Shown: in pieces, positions 61,405 to 64,000 of the stretch
How the letters are laid out: each line of letters begins with the position of its first letter
Numbering within the stretch: the stretch's first letter is position 1
NCBI RefSeq assembly: GCF_004010195.1
Contig: NC_057719.1
Span: 12,847,872-12,911,871 of the forward strand
Length of the DNA: 64,000 nucleotides
Origin: Chiloscyllium plagiosum
Taxonomy: Eukaryota
Direction of reading: 5' to 3'
Made by a program: the position numbers and the translations under genes
Notes under the pieces: model-generated
Told to the model about the DNA's origin: nothing
The model's input: the letters and a program-made list of their open reading frames with translations, nothing else
Database searches by the model: none

Positions 61405-61542
61405 GTCGTTACTGGGAGATGGTTGAAAGGTTAAAGGTCAACCAGTTCTATGGAGCGCCCACTGCAATTCGACTCCTGCTGAAGTATGGAGATACCTGGG
61501 TGAAGTCACATGACCGGTCTTCTCTGAAAATGCTGGGCACAG
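61405..61542 (+). CDS. ACSS1: ACSS1 coding exon 7
   Basis: Acceptor ccctgcgtAG|GT; (G)RYWEMVERLKVNQFYGAPTAIRLLLKYGDTWVKSHDRSSLKMLGT; donor AG|GTCAGT; 138 nt. Confidence 0.94.
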
Positions 61543-62389
61543 GTCAGTACACAACATGTGCTGTGTGAGAGAAGGCTGTGCCTGGTCATTGGAGCCCTGG
61601 TGAATACTACCCTGCTCTGAAAAGAGGCCAAGATGCCAACACATGCCTTTCCCCATTCAGCTGGTCTCATGCATAGCTCATCGGCAGAGGAGCTGTCTGC
61701 TGGTGGATTACTTTGTCAGTCCTGTCCCTCTGGATACGTGCAGATGGACAGAAGATCATTTGACATGGCAGGAGATAACTGCTCTCTCCCGTACCCTGAC
61801 TAGAATTATTGGCAAAATGTCAGTCACTTCCTCACTCAGTATGGTAGTGAGCTCAGGCATTGACATTATGACTGAGGGCTATAGCACCTTCTAGGAAGCT
61901 GATCCCCAGTTGGACAATGAGCCAGAGAATAACATAACATAGAAGGAGGCAATTTGGCCCATTTCCCTGTGCTAGGTCTTTGAAAGCATTCCAGATCAGT
62001 CCTCCTCCCCTGCTAATTCCCCATGATCTTACAGATTTTTCTTCCATTTCAATCTTCCATTCCAATACTCTTTTAAAAGTTGCCATTGATTCCAGTAGTC
62101 TTTTAGTCAGTAACACATCACAACAACTCACTGTATCAACCATCAACACTCTTCATTGTGAGGCTGCTTATCTTCAGAATTCTCGAACCTAGAACGGTGT
62201 GGAAACTCAGTCATGAGTATGTTTAAAATGGAGATTGATAAATCTCTATTTCTTAATGACATCAAAGGGATACATTGACAATGTGGGACAAAGGTGTTGA
62301 GGTGGATGAACAGCCATTGGCAGATCTGAATGGCCAATCTCTGCTCCTGCGTTCTTATATTCTATCCTCTCTTGGCTACTTTGACAATT

Positions 62390-64000
62390 AGAGCCATAGA
62401 GATGTAGAGCATGGAAACAGACCCTTCGGTCCAACCTGTCCATGCCAACCAGATATCCCAACCCAATCTAGTCCCATCTGCCAGCACCCCGCCCATATTC
62501 CTCCAAACCCTTCCTATTGATATACCCATCCAAATGCCTTTTAAATGTTGCAATTGTACCAGCCTCCACCACTTCATCTGGCAGCTCATCCCATACCCAT
62601 ACCACCCTCTGTGTGAAAATGTTGCCCCATAGGTTTCTTTTATATCTTTCCCCTCTCACCCTAAACCTATGCCCTCTAGTTCTGGACTCCCCGACCCCAT
62701 GGAAAAGGCTTTGCCTATTTGCCCTATCCATGCCCCTCATAATTTTGTAAACCTCTATAAGGTAACCCCTCAGCCTCTGACGCTCCAGGGAAAACAGCCC
62801 CAGCCTGTTCAACCTCTCCCTGTAGCTCAAATCCTCCAACCCTATTGCTTTAAATCTTTGTATCCTCTGGTTACTGGAACTGACAATGGCAAGAGTTTCT
62901 CATTTCTTACTTAATCAAAACCTCCCTCGTAGAGTCATAGAGTTGTACAGCATGGAAATAGACCCTTTGTCCATGCCAGCCAGATAATTTAAACTGATCT
63001 AGTCTCATTTAGCGGCATTTAGCCCATATCCCTCCAAACCCTTCCTATGCAGCTACCCATCCAGATGCCTTTTAAATGTTTCAATTGTACCAGTCTCCAC
63101 CACTTCCTCCAACAGCTCATTCCACCCTCTGCAAGAAAAAGTTGCCCCTCATGTCCCTTTTAAAACTTTCTCCTCTCACCTTAAACCCATGCCCTCCCCC
63201 ACCCCAGGGAAAAGACCATGGCTATTCGCCCCATCCATGACTCTTAGGATTTTATAAACCTCTGTAAGGTCACCCCTCAGCCTCCGATGCTCTAGAGAAA
63301 ACAACCCCAGCTTATTCACCCACTCCCTGCAGCTCAAACTCTCCAACCCCAGCAATATCCTTGTAAATCTTTTCTGAACCCTTTCAAGTTTAATAACATC
63401 TTTCCTATAGCATGGAGACCAGAATTGAACACAGTATTCTAAATGTGGCCTCACCAATGTCCTGTACAATCGCAATATGGCATCCCAACTCCTATACCCA
63501 ATGTACTGATGAACAAAGGCAAGCATGCCAAATGCCTTCTTCACCACCCTGTCTGCCTGTGACTCCACGTTCACAGAACTAAGCACTTGTACCCATGGGT
63601 CCTGTTCAGCAACACTGCCCACTGCCCTACCATTAACTGTGTAAGTCCTGCCCTGGTTTGCCTTACCAAAATGCAGCACCTCACATTTATCTAAATTAAT
63701 CTCTATCTGTCACTCCTCAGCCCGTTGGCCTATCTGATTAAGGTCCCATTTAACTCTGAGGTAACCTTCTTTGTTGTTCAATTTTAGTGTCATCTGCAAA
63801 TTCACTAATGATACCTCTGAAATTCGTATCCAAAGCAGTGGGCCCAGCACTGATCTTTGCGGCACACCGCTGGTCACAGGCCTCCAGTCTGAAAAACAAC
63901 CCTGTACCACCACACCCTGTCTTCTACATTCAAGCCAATTTTGTATCCCAATGGCTAGTTTCCCTGGATCCCATGTGATCTAACCTTGCCATCCAGTCTA
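62390..64000 (-). mobile_element. Two CR1 LINE 3' fragments (62390-62840; 62930-64000)
   Basis: Minus ORFs with SDWRPVTSGVPQ.SVLGPLL, HFGKAN, RPHLEYCVQFWSP, and tails. Confidence 0.9.

Larger units (their letters stand above)
11873..61542 (+). other. ACSS1: Acetyl-CoA synthetase gene, mitochondrial (ACSS1-like): span of coding exons 1-7, 3' part lies beyond the window
   Basis: Seven exons (310, 97, 200, 176, 153, 148, 138 nt) with GT-AG boundaries splice into one open frame. The product has acyl-CoA synthetase motifs ([61 protein letters not shown]). The Arg-containing, acid-free N-terminus resembles a mitochondrial presequence, favouring ACSS1 over ACSS2. Confidence 0.9.

Noticed and set aside
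11873..61542. Calling the gene ACSS2, ACSS3 or a bacterial acs
   Set aside because: Spliceosomal introns exclude a bacterial gene. The presequence-like N-terminus and motifs such as [26 protein letters not shown] and GRYWEMVERL fit ACSS1 as I recall it; phylogeny was not run.

Overview
Eukaryotic (vertebrate) genomic DNA. The repeat content (HE1-like V-SINEs, SacSINE1-like SINEs, abundant CR1 LINEs) points to a shark or other elasmobranch; this is an inference. The window holds the promoter region and coding exons 1-7 of a + strand acetyl-CoA synthetase gene, best called mitochondrial ACSS1 (11873-61542, continuing beyond the window). All seven exons have GT-AG boundaries and join in frame. 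Most of the rest is transposon debris: CR1 LINE fragments, one Rex1/Babar-like LINE, a decayed Gypsy-type LTR element, SINEs, a 52-bp minisatellite and two assembly gaps. The most notable signal is a dense population of Penelope-like element (PLE) derivatives from at least four families. Each family carries a minimal hammerhead-ribozyme-like core (CUGANGA-stem II-GAA-4-nt palindrome-H) with family-specific compensatory stems. Many copies are short non-coding fold-back palindromes with 8-17 bp target-site duplications, and three longer copies retain GIY-YIG endonuclease C-terminal remnants. Several short segments appear to be copied from nearby sequence (templated insertions or assembly artefacts), including pieces of ACSS1 exon 1 and intron 1. 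Repeat boundaries were read by eye and are approximate; no database search or folding was run.
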